Source of the DNA: Candidatus Saccharibacteria bacterium UBA6040
GTDB lineage: Bacteria > Patescibacteriota > Saccharimonadia > Saccharimonadales > Saccharimonadaceae
Direction: 5' to 3'
Length of the DNA stretch: 64,000 nt
Assembly (NCBI GenBank): GCA_002429245.1
Contig: DIZA01000002.1
Location: forward strand, 44,350-108,349
A model generated the notes under the pieces. The model did not search any database, was not told the origin of the DNA, and worked only from the letters and a program-made list of their open reading frames with translations. The stretch's first letter is position 1. Each line of letters opens with the position of its first letter. Below are positions 1-8,501 of the stretch, piece after piece. The position numbers were made by a program, and so were the translations under genes.

Positions 1-1
1 A

Positions 2-241
2 CGAGTCCGAAACGAAGCGATCGAAAGCGGTTCTACCAAAGGTAAGCCAGCTGATATCGCTGAAAAGATCATTGATGGTCAGGTAAAGAAGTATTTTGCT
101 GAAAAGGTTCTTTTGAACCAACAGTACATCATGGATGATTCTATGACTGTCGGTACGTACTTGAAGCAGACTATTGGGCAAGTTGGTGAAAACATCATCG
201 TTCGTCGCTTCAAGCGAATCGAACTTGGTGTGAACGACTAA
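2..241 (+). CDS. tsf: Elongation factor Ts, C-terminal part (truncated by window edge)
   Basis: Manual translation RVRNEAIESGSTKGKPADIAEKIIDGQVKKYFAEKVLLNQQYIMDDSMTVG...FKRIELGVND*; typical EF-Ts C-terminus, upstream of frr. Confidence 0.9.
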   Translation, partial: RVRNEAIESGSTKGKPADIAEKIIDGQVKKYFAEKVLLNQQYIMDDSMTVGTYLKQTIGQVGENIIVRRFKRIELGVND

Positions 242-259
242 TCAGTACACGCAAAAACG

Positions 260-292
260 AAAAAGACCTCTTGTCCACAGGAGGTCTTTTTT
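260..292 (+). terminator. Intrinsic (likely bidirectional) terminator
   Basis: AAAAAGACCTC-N10-GAGGTCTTTTT inverted repeat after tsf stop. Confidence 0.85.
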
Positions 293-333
293 AATAGCTA
301 TATAAGAGGTGAGTTTGATATACTAGGGGTATT

Positions 334-888
334 ATGTTTGATACGAAATCCTATGAAGACCGATTTAGTGCTGCTGTCAGTCACTTTGAAGATGAACTAA
401 AGAAAGTCCGTACTGGACGCGCGCATCCAGGGATGCTCGACGGTGTCCATGTCGAGGTGTACGGCCAGCGAATGCCGCTGAATCAGGTTGCGAACGTGAC
501 TGCGTCCGAATCACAGATGCTGACGATTACACCCTTTGACCCAAGTAATATTCAGCCAATTGCGGCTGCGATTCGTCAGGATCAATCACTAGGCCTCAAT
601 CCAAGCGATGATGGGCGAGTAATTCGTGTCCCTATCCCACCGTTAACCGAAGAACGTCGTAAGCTCCTCGTAAAGCAGACCAGTGAAAAGGTTGAAGAAG
701 CCCGTATTGCCCTTCGAAACGTTCGTCAGGACGCTCTCAAAGAAGCAAAACGCAAGAAAGACGCCAAAGAACTGTCAGAAGATGACTTGAAGGGAATCGA
801 AAAGTCTATCGACGCCAGTATCGTGACCTATAACGGTAAACTCGATGCTGCTTTTAAAGAAAAAGAGAAAGACATTCTCACGCTCTAA
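334..888 (+). CDS. frr: Ribosome recycling factor
   Basis: RTGRAHPGMLD and DDGRVIRVPIPPLTEERR motifs. Confidence 0.98.
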   Translation: MFDTKSYEDRFSAAVSHFEDELKKVRTGRAHPGMLDGVHVEVYGQRMPLNQVANVTASESQMLTITPFDPSNIQPIAAAIRQDQSLGLNPSDDGRVIRVPIPPLTEERRKLLVKQTSEKVEEARIALRNVRQDALKEAKRKKDAKELSEDDLKGIEKSIDASIVTYNGKLDAAFKEKEKDILTL

Positions 889-1589
889 TGCCTGACTCTG
901 AAAAACCCGCTATTCCGCGGCATGTCGGGTACATTGTTGACGGAAACAGGCGCTGGGCGAAGAAGCACGGTCTTCCTGCGTATGAAGGACACTTGGCCGG
1001 CTACAATACGCTGAAAGATATTGGTATCGCAACGCTTGAAGCGGGTGCTGAGTACGCCAGTGCCTATGTATTTTCGACCGAGAACTGGAAGCGAAGTGCT
1101 GATGAGGTAAAGCGATTGATGAGCCTGACGCTAAAGGTTGTTCCCTCTGACGTGCCGTTCTTTAATAAGAAAAACGTACGTCTTAAGTTTATTGGCACAC
1201 GCGAAGGGGTAAACCCAAAGATCATTAAAGAAATCGAAAAAGCCGAAGAAGCGACTGACAAAAACACTGGTGGAACGCTCATATTGTGCTTCAATTATGG
1301 TGGTCAACAAGAGATTGCTGATGCGGTTAAAAAAATTGTTCAGTCGGGTATTAGTGAAGACAAGGTAACGCCGGAACTTATTAGCGAAAACCTTTACTCA
1401 CCGGACCTTCCACCTGCTGACGTCATTATTCGTACCAGCGGTGAACAGCGCATTAGTAACTTCATGTTGTGGAGATCAGCTTATAGTGAATTTATTTTTC
1501 TTGATAAGCTTTGGCCGGACATGACAAAAGACGATGTCACCGCTATAATGAAAGAATATTCGCGCCGACAACGACGCTTCGGATCATAA
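888..1589 (+). CDS. uppS: Undecaprenyl diphosphate synthase
   Basis: HVGYIVDGNRRWA, FSTENWKRS, RTSGEQRISNFMLW. Confidence 0.97.
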   Translation: MPDSEKPAIPRHVGYIVDGNRRWAKKHGLPAYEGHLAGYNTLKDIGIATLEAGAEYASAYVFSTENWKRSADEVKRLMSLTLKVVPSDVPFFNKKNVRLKFIGTREGVNPKIIKEIEKAEEATDKNTGGTLILCFNYGGQQEIADAVKKIVQSGISEDKVTPELISENLYSPDLPPADVIIRTSGEQRISNFMLWRSAYSEFIFLDKLWPDMTKDDVTAIMKEYSRRQRRFGS

Positions 1590-1600
1590 GTGGAGGATAC

Positions 1601-2740
1601 ATGGATCTAGTACTGGGCATCATCATTGGGATTATTGTACTTGTCGTTTTAGTGGCAGTGCATGAACTTGGACACGGGATTGTTGCGATGCGTAACGGCG
1701 TTGTTCTCGAAGAGTTCGGTATTGGCTTTCCGCCGCGAGCATGGAGTCGAAAGCTAAAGAATGGTGTATTGTTCAGCCTTAACTGGCTGCCTCTGGGCGG
1801 TTTCGTGAAACTTCAGGGTGAGAACGATTCAGCATCGAAAAAGGGTGATTTTGGCGCAGCGACGTTCTGGCAAAAAACTAAGATTATGTTTGCGGGAGTA
1901 GTTGTTAACTGGCTGGTTGCTGTTGTTATTCTTACCATTCTTGCGTTAATTGGACTTCCGAAAATTCTTCCAAATCAATTCTCGATTCCCGCTGATACAC
2001 AGCAGGTTTCGGCACCAGTTGTTCTCTCGTCTCTGGTAAAGGGGTATCCGGCAACGGATGCGGGACTAAAGAGTGGCGACAAGATTGTCAGTGTGAACGG
2101 CCAAAAAATAGATACAGTTGACACCTTTATTGCGGTCACAAAAGCGAATAGGGGCAAAACGATTACTATCGACTACACACGTAACGGTCAGAGTGAAACA
2201 GCATCAGTGCCACTTCGCAATGCGGATAGTGCCGTCTTTGGTTCGACGCTATCACAACAGCAATCGATCCGTGCAACGTGGTCTGCGCCAATTGTTGGCA
2301 TTGCGACGACAGGGCAGTTTACCTGGGCAACGATTCAAGGGCTTGGCCAATTAGTCGGCAACCTTTTCTCTGGTATTTTCCTTCATTTCAGTCCTGATGC
2401 CGCGACACGCAAGCAAGCGGATACGAATCTGGCCGCAGCAGGGGACGGCGTCGCTGGTCCAATCGGTATTCTTGGAACTATCTTCCCGGCGGCCAGTAAG
2501 GCAGGACCAGTTGAGGTCCTATTCCTGGCTGCGATCATTTCACTCACGCTGGCAGTTATGAACGTACTTCCTATTCCTGCGCTGGATGGTGGAAGTTGGT
2601 TCCTGATGGCGCTGTATAAGCTTCGGAAGAAGACGCTGACGAAAGAGCGCGAAGAGAAGGTCAAGGGAATCGGATTTGCAGCGCTCATGATATTAATTTT
2701 GGTGGTTACTATCGGCGATGTCACAAAACTCTTTAAGTAA
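1601..2740 (+). CDS. rseP: RIP metalloprotease RseP (M50, PDZ)
   Basis: HELGH and NVLPIPALDGG motifs, PDZ segment; start moved to ATG 1601 after GGAGG. Confidence 0.93.
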   Translation: MDLVLGIIIGIIVLVVLVAVHELGHGIVAMRNGVVLEEFGIGFPPRAWSRKLKNGVLFSLNWLPLGGFVKLQGENDSASKKGDFGAATFWQKTKIMFAGVVVNWLVAVVILTILALIGLPKILPNQFSIPADTQQVSAPVVLSSLVKGYPATDAGLKSGDKIVSVNGQKIDTVDTFIAVTKANRGKTITIDYTRNGQSETASVPLRNADSAVFGSTLSQQQSIRATWSAPIVGIATTGQFTWATIQGLGQLVGNLFSGIFLHFSPDAATRKQADTNLAAAGDGVAGPIGILGTIFPAASKAGPVEVLFLAAIISLTLAVMNVLPIPALDGGSWFLMALYKLRKKTLTKEREEKVKGIGFAALMILILVVTIGDVTKLFK

Positions 2741-3473
2741 GAAACTCTTTACCAAACCCCAGGACTTTAAGTGGTGGATGGGGATCGTGCTACCCGTATG
2801 GGTGCTGGCTGGCTTTGTCTTGGCGCAAGTCATCGTAGGGCTTATCCTTGTTCTTTTAAAGACGTTCGGCGTTACGTTCCAAGGCGTGAACGAATCGACT
2901 TTCCAGACGGTGGTATCGGCGGTTATTTATGTCCTGTCAATCTCGCTTGTCATCGGAGTGCCGTGGTTAGTTCGTCACTATCGAACGACGAAACAAGACC
3001 TTGGTGTCGATCAACCAGTTGCGTGGACGGATTTATTGTTGGCCCCAGCGGGCTTTATTGTCTACATACTTTTGTCGTTTGTTTTGACGACAATCGCGCC
3101 ACACATTATTCCGTTTTATAACGTTGATCAAGTGCAAGATACTGGCTTCACGGGACTTAGTCAGGGGTTTGAATACGTATTAGCCTTTGCGACACTGGTT
3201 ATTATCGCGCCGATTTCGGAAGAGCTTTTGTTCCGTGGCTATCTGTTAGGGAAGCTTCGTAAGCACGTTTCGACGTGGGTAGCGGTGCTTCTGACGAGTC
3301 TTTTATTTGGTGCAATCCACTTAGCTTGGAATGTTGGCGTTGATGTTTTTGCGCTCAGCATCGTGCTGTGTTTGCTTCGCATTCAAACTGGTCGCTTGTG
3401 GCCATCGATCTTACTTCACATGATTAAAAATGCGATCGCTTTCTACTTCCTCTTTATTAATCCACTTCTTTAA
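2718..3473 (+). CDS. CPBP (CAAX/Abi) family intramembrane metalloprotease
   Basis: EELLFRG, FGAIH, HMIKN motifs; multiple TM helices. Confidence 0.9.
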   Translation: MSQNSLSKKLFTKPQDFKWWMGIVLPVWVLAGFVLAQVIVGLILVLLKTFGVTFQGVNESTFQTVVSAVIYVLSISLVIGVPWLVRHYRTTKQDLGVDQPVAWTDLLLAPAGFIVYILLSFVLTTIAPHIIPFYNVDQVQDTGFTGLSQGFEYVLAFATLVIIAPISEELLFRGYLLGKLRKHVSTWVAVLLTSLLFGAIHLAWNVGVDVFALSIVLCLLRIQTGRLWPSILLHMIKNAIAFYFLFINPLL

Positions 3474-3493
3474 ATTAAAGTAGGGGATAGATT

Positions 3494-4732
3494 ATGAGAG
3501 TTACTAAGTTATTTACAAAGACAACCAAAGACGCACCTGCTGACGAAGTCGCTAAGAATGCGCAGCTTTTGATCCGTGCTGGCTACGTTTACAAGGTCAT
3601 GGCCGGTGTATATGCATATACACCACTTGGCCTTCGTGTCGTCGAAAATATTAAACAAATTGTTCGTGAAGAAATGAATGCTGTTGGCGGCCAAGAATTG
3701 ATCATGACGAACCTTCAGCCGAAAGAGGACTGGGAAATCACCACACGTTGGGATGACAGTGTCGTCGATATTTGGTTCAAGACGAAATTAAAAGACGATA
3801 CCGAAGTTGGGCTCGCGTGGTCACACGAAGAAGCCATCATGACTATGATGAAAAATTACATCAAGAGTTATAAAGATCTTCCTGCGTACGTGTATCAGTT
3901 CCAAACGAAGCTTCGTAACGAGGTTCGTGCGAAGAGCGGTATTATGCGCGGTCGTGAGTTCGTTATGAAAGATATGTACTCGCTTAGTACGGATGCTGAC
4001 CAACACGAGAAGTTCTATCAAGCGACAATTGGTGCCTATAAGAAAGTCTATGACCGCCTTGGGTTAGGCGAAGACACCTATGTGACATTTGCAAGCGGTG
4101 GTGCATTTACGCAGTTCAGCCACGAATTCCAAACAATTTGTGAAGCAGGCGAAGATGTCATTTACGTGAACCGCGAAAAGGGCATTGCAGTGAATGAAGA
4201 GGTGTTGAACGACGAAACGCTCGCGACGCTAGGCGTGACTCGGGATGAGTTAACGGAGACAAAAAGTGCTGAAGTAGGGAACATCTTTAACTTCGGAACT
4301 GAAAAGTCTGAGCAAATGGGTATCTATTACACCGATGAAAACGATCAAAAGGTACCTATCTTCCTTGGTTCGTACGGAATCGGTATTACTCGTGTCATGG
4401 GCGTGATCGTCGAGAAATTTGGCGACGACAAGGGTCTTGTTTGGCCGGAGAGCATTGCGCCGTACAAAGTCTACCTCGTGAGTATCGGAGATGTTGCAAC
4501 TCAGGCAGATGCACTGTATGATGAATTGACCTCAAAGGGAATCGAAGTATTGTACGACGATCGTGATGAGCGAGCGGGTGCAAAATTTGCCGATGCTGAA
4601 CTTCTCGGAATCCCATTCCGTGTCACTATCAGCGAACGACTCATTGCGGACCAAAAATTTGAATTCACCCCACGAAAAACTGGTGAATCAGAGGTATTGA
4701 CAGGTGATGAACTGCTTGCTAAACTAAGCTAA
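3494..4732 (+). CDS. proS: Prolyl-tRNA synthetase, short form without editing insertion
   Basis: YQFQTKLRNEVRAKSGIMRGREFVMKDMYS, GSYGIGITR, anticodon domain; 412 aa. Confidence 0.96.
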   Translation: MRVTKLFTKTTKDAPADEVAKNAQLLIRAGYVYKVMAGVYAYTPLGLRVVENIKQIVREEMNAVGGQELIMTNLQPKEDWEITTRWDDSVVDIWFKTKLKDDTEVGLAWSHEEAIMTMMKNYIKSYKDLPAYVYQFQTKLRNEVRAKSGIMRGREFVMKDMYSLSTDADQHEKFYQATIGAYKKVYDRLGLGEDTYVTFASGGAFTQFSHEFQTICEAGEDVIYVNREKGIAVNEEVLNDETLATLGVTRDELTETKSAEVGNIFNFGTEKSEQMGIYYTDENDQKVPIFLGSYGIGITRVMGVIVEKFGDDKGLVWPESIAPYKVYLVSIGDVATQADALYDELTSKGIEVLYDDRDERAGAKFADAELLGIPFRVTISERLIADQKFEFTPRKTGESEVLTGDELLAKLS

Positions 4733-4748
4733 ATAGAGATGCAAAGCG

Positions 4749-4780
4749 GGCGTCCTACGCTATATATGGTGTAGGGCGCC
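4749..4780 (+). terminator. Stem-loop after proS
   Basis: GGCGTCCTAC...GTAGGGCGCC stem; weak U tail. Confidence 0.55.
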
Positions 4781-4833
4781 TTCAAAACAAAGATTTTGAG
4801 TCGCAAAGCCACCTATTTGAAGAAAGAGAACTT

Positions 4834-5289
4834 ATGAAGAAACACTATCAAATCACTAGCGAAGGACAGAAGGAACTCGAAACCGAGTTAACTTCTCTTA
4901 AATCACGCCGCGGCGACGTTGCAGACAAGATTGCAGAAGCTCGTGACTTTGGTGACCTTAGCGAAAATGCCGAATATGACGCCGCTCGCGAAGAGCAGGG
5001 TCTTCTTGAAACCCGTATCGCTGAAATCGAAGACATCCTACGTAATGCAGACATCATCAAGGGCGGCCCCAAGGCACTTGTTGGACTTGGAAGCAAAGTC
5101 GCACTGAAGATGGGAAACAAGACCGTGACATACACGATTGTTGGTCCTGTCGAAGCAAACCCGCTTGAGGGTAAGATTAGCAACGAATCACCAATCGGAC
5201 TCGCGCTTTTCGGACGCAAGGTTGGCGATGACGCTGAGATTACGACTCCCAAAGGTACTGTTAAGTACAAGATCGCTCAGATTAACTAG
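4834..5289 (+). CDS. greA: Transcription elongation factor GreA
   Basis: GDLSENAEYDAARE, ISNESPIGLAL. Confidence 0.98.
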   Translation: MKKHYQITSEGQKELETELTSLKSRRGDVADKIAEARDFGDLSENAEYDAAREEQGLLETRIAEIEDILRNADIIKGGPKALVGLGSKVALKMGNKTVTYTIVGPVEANPLEGKISNESPIGLALFGRKVGDDAEITTPKGTVKYKIAQIN

Positions 5290-5298
5290 AAGTATTAA

Positions 5299-5487
5299 GG
5301 CAAACCTGAGTTACTTCAGGCTCCTCTTAAACCAATTCGAAAACACGATATAACTCATGTCGTGTTTTCTTGTATTCTGCGTAACTCGACTTCGTCTCAA
5401 ACATACTCGAATAGGCATGAAAACCCTCCATGAGTTATTCGGTTTTCTCACAGGTTTATTCGTAGCCTGAAGTAGCTCGGGTTTGCC
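5299..5487 (+). ncRNA. Candidate 6S RNA-like rod (189 nt)
   Basis: 24-bp closing stem 5299-5322/5464-5487 with two G-U pairs on + strand; 16x16 central internal loop; second stem 5339-5359/5429-5447; apical stems. Confidence 0.55.
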
Positions 5488-6090
5488 CAGCGCAACCTTT
5501 TTGTTATGATGAATCAATGAAACATGCAGTTATTGTTCACGGTTTTAAGGGTGCGCCTGACACAAACTGGAAGCCTTGGTTGAAGCGTGAGCTGGAAGCT
5601 GGTGGCTTCCGTGTGGACGTACCAACGATGCCGGATACCGAACATCCCGATGTCTCAGCTTGGGTGGATATGCTCGCTCGGACAGTCGGCGGTGCTGATG
5701 CTGAAGAGGTATATCTTATAGGTCACAGTCTTGGATGTATCACGATACTGAAATATCTTGAGAGTCTCGGCAACCAACAGAAAGTGAAAGCGTGTGTATT
5801 TGTCGCAGGATTCAGCCAAAGATTCGATGGATACGAAGGTGGACATGATAGCTTTTTTGCTAAATCACTTGATTGGGAGAAGGTTAAAAGTCATTGTGAT
5901 ACTTTTATTGCAGTTCACTCAAAGGACGACCAGAATGTTGGATTTGATCAATTGAAGATCTTTGAAGATAATCTAGGTGCGAAAGCAATTTTGGTTGATG
6001 GGATGGGACACTTCGGTTCGGCAGATGGCGTTTTCGAAGTTCCGCTTATCAAGGAAGTGCTAGTGAACATATAGATTTGCCCAGCGCAAC
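5482..6090. repeat. 15-bp direct repeat TTTGCCCAGCGCAAC at 5482-5496 and 6076-6090 flanking the hydrolase gene
   Basis: Exact match read from sequence. Confidence 0.95.
5517..6074 (+). CDS. RBBP9/YdeN family alpha/beta hydrolase
   Basis: VHGFKG, GHSLG nucleophile elbow, HSKDD, GMGHF. Confidence 0.9.
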   Translation: MKHAVIVHGFKGAPDTNWKPWLKRELEAGGFRVDVPTMPDTEHPDVSAWVDMLARTVGGADAEEVYLIGHSLGCITILKYLESLGNQQKVKACVFVAGFSQRFDGYEGGHDSFFAKSLDWEKVKSHCDTFIAVHSKDDQNVGFDQLKIFEDNLGAKAILVDGMGHFGSADGVFEVPLIKEVLVNI

Positions 6091-6187
6091 TTGGTGCCTG
6101 GTTGTGAAACATCTGGACCCCGTGATTTAAAGGGAGCGACAGCCCCGCTAAATCCGGCGGGAAGCCGTTTCACGAACAGGCACCAAG
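6090..6187 (+). ncRNA. Unassigned structured RNA (three-way junction with complementary loops) upstream of lysS
   Basis: 21-nt arms 6090-6110/6167-6187 (1 mismatch, 1 G-U); CCCGC/GCGGG hairpin; loops GATTTA (6124-6129) and TAAATC (6149-6154) complementary. Confidence 0.5.
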
Positions 6188-6231
6188 CTGGGGTGGAGAC
6201 TCAAGGGGATTATGGTATACTTTAACCTGAT

Positions 6232-7743
6232 ATGGCAACACTAAAAGACTTCCGTGACGAACGACTTCGCAAGCTCGAAGACCTAAAAGGATTAGGATTT
6301 AATCCTTATCCTGCTGAATCGCATCGAACGCACAATGCGGGTGCGGTTATTGCTGACTTTGATGCACTTGAAAACCAAACCGTTACCGTTGCAGGGCGTA
6401 TTACCGCAATTCGTAAGTTCGGAAAGCTCGCATTCATCGTTGTTAAAGACTTTAGCGGTCAAGTACAACTGTATTTGAACGAATCTGAAGTTGAAGGACG
6501 GGATGTTCCTTCGAATCGTCTTGGTATCGAAGACCTACCGCTACTTGATACCGGCGACTTTATTGAAGCCACTGGATCTGTTGGGAAGAGTAAGACTGGC
6601 GAGATCTCTGTCTTCGTCAAGCAAATCCGCTTGCTTACTAAAACGCTTCGCCCAATGCCAAGCGCACAAGAAGGCTTTACGAACAAAGAAGAGCGCATGC
6701 GTCGTCGTTACATCGATATGAACGTGAACCAAGAGGTTCGTGATCGCTTTATTCGTCGCAGTAAGTTTTGGCAGGCGACTCGTGATTTCTTGAACACAAA
6801 TGATTTTATTGAAGTAAACGTTCCTGTGCTTGAGCACACCACCGGTGGCGCTGATGCGACTCCTTTTGTGACACACATGGATGCTTTGGACCAAGACTTT
6901 TACCTACGTATTAGTCATGAACTTCCTTTGAAACGTCTTATCGGTGCTGGCTTTGAAAAAGTCTACGATATTGGTGCACGATTTAGGAACGAAAACTACA
7001 GCGACGAACACCTTCCTGAGCACGTTGCGATGGAATGGTACTGGGCATACGCTAACTGGCAAGACGGCCGTAAGTTTATGGAAGACATGTACAAAGATGT
7101 TTTGAAAAAAACATTTGGGACACTGCAATTTAAGCTTGGTAAGTTCGATGTGAACATGGACGGCGACTGGGAGATCTGGGACTACGCGACCGTTATTAAA
7201 GAACGATATGGCATCGACGTGTTTGAATCGTCCCTCGATGATGTCAAGAAAGCACTGGCTGATAACAAACTTGAAGTTGAACAAACTGAAAACCGCGCTC
7301 GCGGTATCGACAAGCTTTGGAAGAACATTCGTAAGGATGTGGCGGGACCTGTCTGGCTGGTTAATACACCGACATTCATTAGTCCTTTGTCTAAAACAAA
7401 TCCTGACGATGCGCGTACGGTACAACGTTTTCAGCCTGTCATTGCTGGGTCTGAACTCGGTAACGGATTCTCTGAATTGAACGACCCGGTTGACCAACTG
7501 GATCGTTTCGTCGAGCAACAAGGTATGCGCGACAGTGGTGATGATGAAGCAATGATGCTTGATATCGATTACGTTGAAATGCTCGAATACGGTATGCCAC
7601 CAGCTGTAGGTTGGGGATATAGTGAACGTGTCTTCTGGATCTTTGAAGGTGTCACTGCTCGGGAAGGCGTGCCTTTCCCGCAACTTCGTCACGAATACGA
7701 CGAAGTCACCAAGGGTCTCTACCCTGATGTCAAATTCGACTAA
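6232..7743 (+). CDS. lysS: Lysyl-tRNA synthetase (class II)
   Basis: OB-fold anticodon domain, GGADATPFVTH, YLRISHEL, ELGNGFSELNDP, YGMPP. Confidence 0.98.
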   Translation: MATLKDFRDERLRKLEDLKGLGFNPYPAESHRTHNAGAVIADFDALENQTVTVAGRITAIRKFGKLAFIVVKDFSGQVQLYLNESEVEGRDVPSNRLGIEDLPLLDTGDFIEATGSVGKSKTGEISVFVKQIRLLTKTLRPMPSAQEGFTNKEERMRRRYIDMNVNQEVRDRFIRRSKFWQATRDFLNTNDFIEVNVPVLEHTTGGADATPFVTHMDALDQDFYLRISHELPLKRLIGAGFEKVYDIGARFRNENYSDEHLPEHVAMEWYWAYANWQDGRKFMEDMYKDVLKKTFGTLQFKLGKFDVNMDGDWEIWDYATVIKERYGIDVFESSLDDVKKALADNKLEVEQTENRARGIDKLWKNIRKDVAGPVWLVNTPTFISPLSKTNPDDARTVQRFQPVIAGSELGNGFSELNDPVDQLDRFVEQQGMRDSGDDEAMMLDIDYVEMLEYGMPPAVGWGYSERVFWIFEGVTAREGVPFPQLRHEYDEVTKGLYPDVKFD

Positions 7744-7796
7744 GGGTTCAAACAAGCACTAACACTTAGCCTGATTTTGCTCTATAGTAGAACCAT

Positions 7797-8501
7797 ATGA
7801 TTGAGATTAAGGGCATTACGAAAACGTACGGGAAAAAGCAGAATGCTTTTTTGGCACTGGATAATATTAGTTTTGAAATTCCAGATGGAACGACAATTGC
7901 GATTATCGGAAAATCGGGAAGTGGTAAATCCACTTTGATGCACGCCATGAGCGGACTCGATCGTCCTGAAATTGGTGAAGTTGTGATTGATGGCGAAAAT
8001 ATTTTGACGCTAAAACAGCGCCAGATTGATGCCTTCCGTGCCTCAAAAATGAGCTTTATTTTCCAGAGTTTCTTTATCCAGCCAAATGAAACGTGTTATG
8101 ACAACGTCGTATTGCCACTTGAAATCGCCGAAGTTCCCCGCGGAGAACGACGCGCCAAAGTCGAAGCGGCGCTTGCTGCGGTTGAACTGACGGACAAGAT
8201 TAAATCGAAAGCCGCGAATCTTTCTGGTGGCCAAAAACAACGCCTTGCGATTGCCCGTGCCATTGTGAACGAACCAAAGATTTTATTTGCTGACGAACCG
8301 ACTGGAAATCTCGACTCGACAACAGGTGAGGTGGTTGAAGATTTCTTATTTAACTATTCGAAAGAAAACAACGCTACGCTGATTGTGGTGACGCACGACG
8401 CTGACCTTGCAAATAAATGTGACGCGCAAATTGAAATCGTTGACGGTAAGATCCACTCAACCAAGGGTTTGAAGAAAACTAGTGAAGGGAAGGCGGCATA
8501 A
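7797..8501 (+). CDS. ABC transporter ATP-binding protein (LolD/MacB type)
   Basis: GKSGSGKS, LSGGQKQR, FADEPTGNLD. Confidence 0.95.
   Translation: MIEIKGITKTYGKKQNAFLALDNISFEIPDGTTIAIIGKSGSGKSTLMHAMSGLDRPEIGEVVIDGENILTLKQRQIDAFRASKMSFIFQSFFIQPNETCYDNVVLPLEIAEVPRGERRAKVEAALAAVELTDKIKSKAANLSGGQKQRLAIARAIVNEPKILFADEPTGNLDSTTGEVVEDFLFNYSKENNATLIVVTHDADLANKCDAQIEIVDGKIHSTKGLKKTSEGKAA

Noticed and set aside
5311-5517. 68-aa - strand ORF over the 6S-like rod
   Set aside because: No RBS or motif; the region is better explained by RNA structure on the + strand.
6111-6142. SRP (4.5S) RNA or ZTP riboswitch
   Set aside because: GGGAGCGAC recalls both, but there is no GNRA-capped helix 8 with CAGG/AGCA and no GACUG...CCUGGGC pseudoknot.
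6090-6231. T-box or lysine riboswitch for lysS
   Set aside because: GGGGTGGAGACTC only weakly resembles the T-box, and there is no specifier stem or terminator. It lacks the five-way lysine aptamer. lysS has its own -10 downstream.
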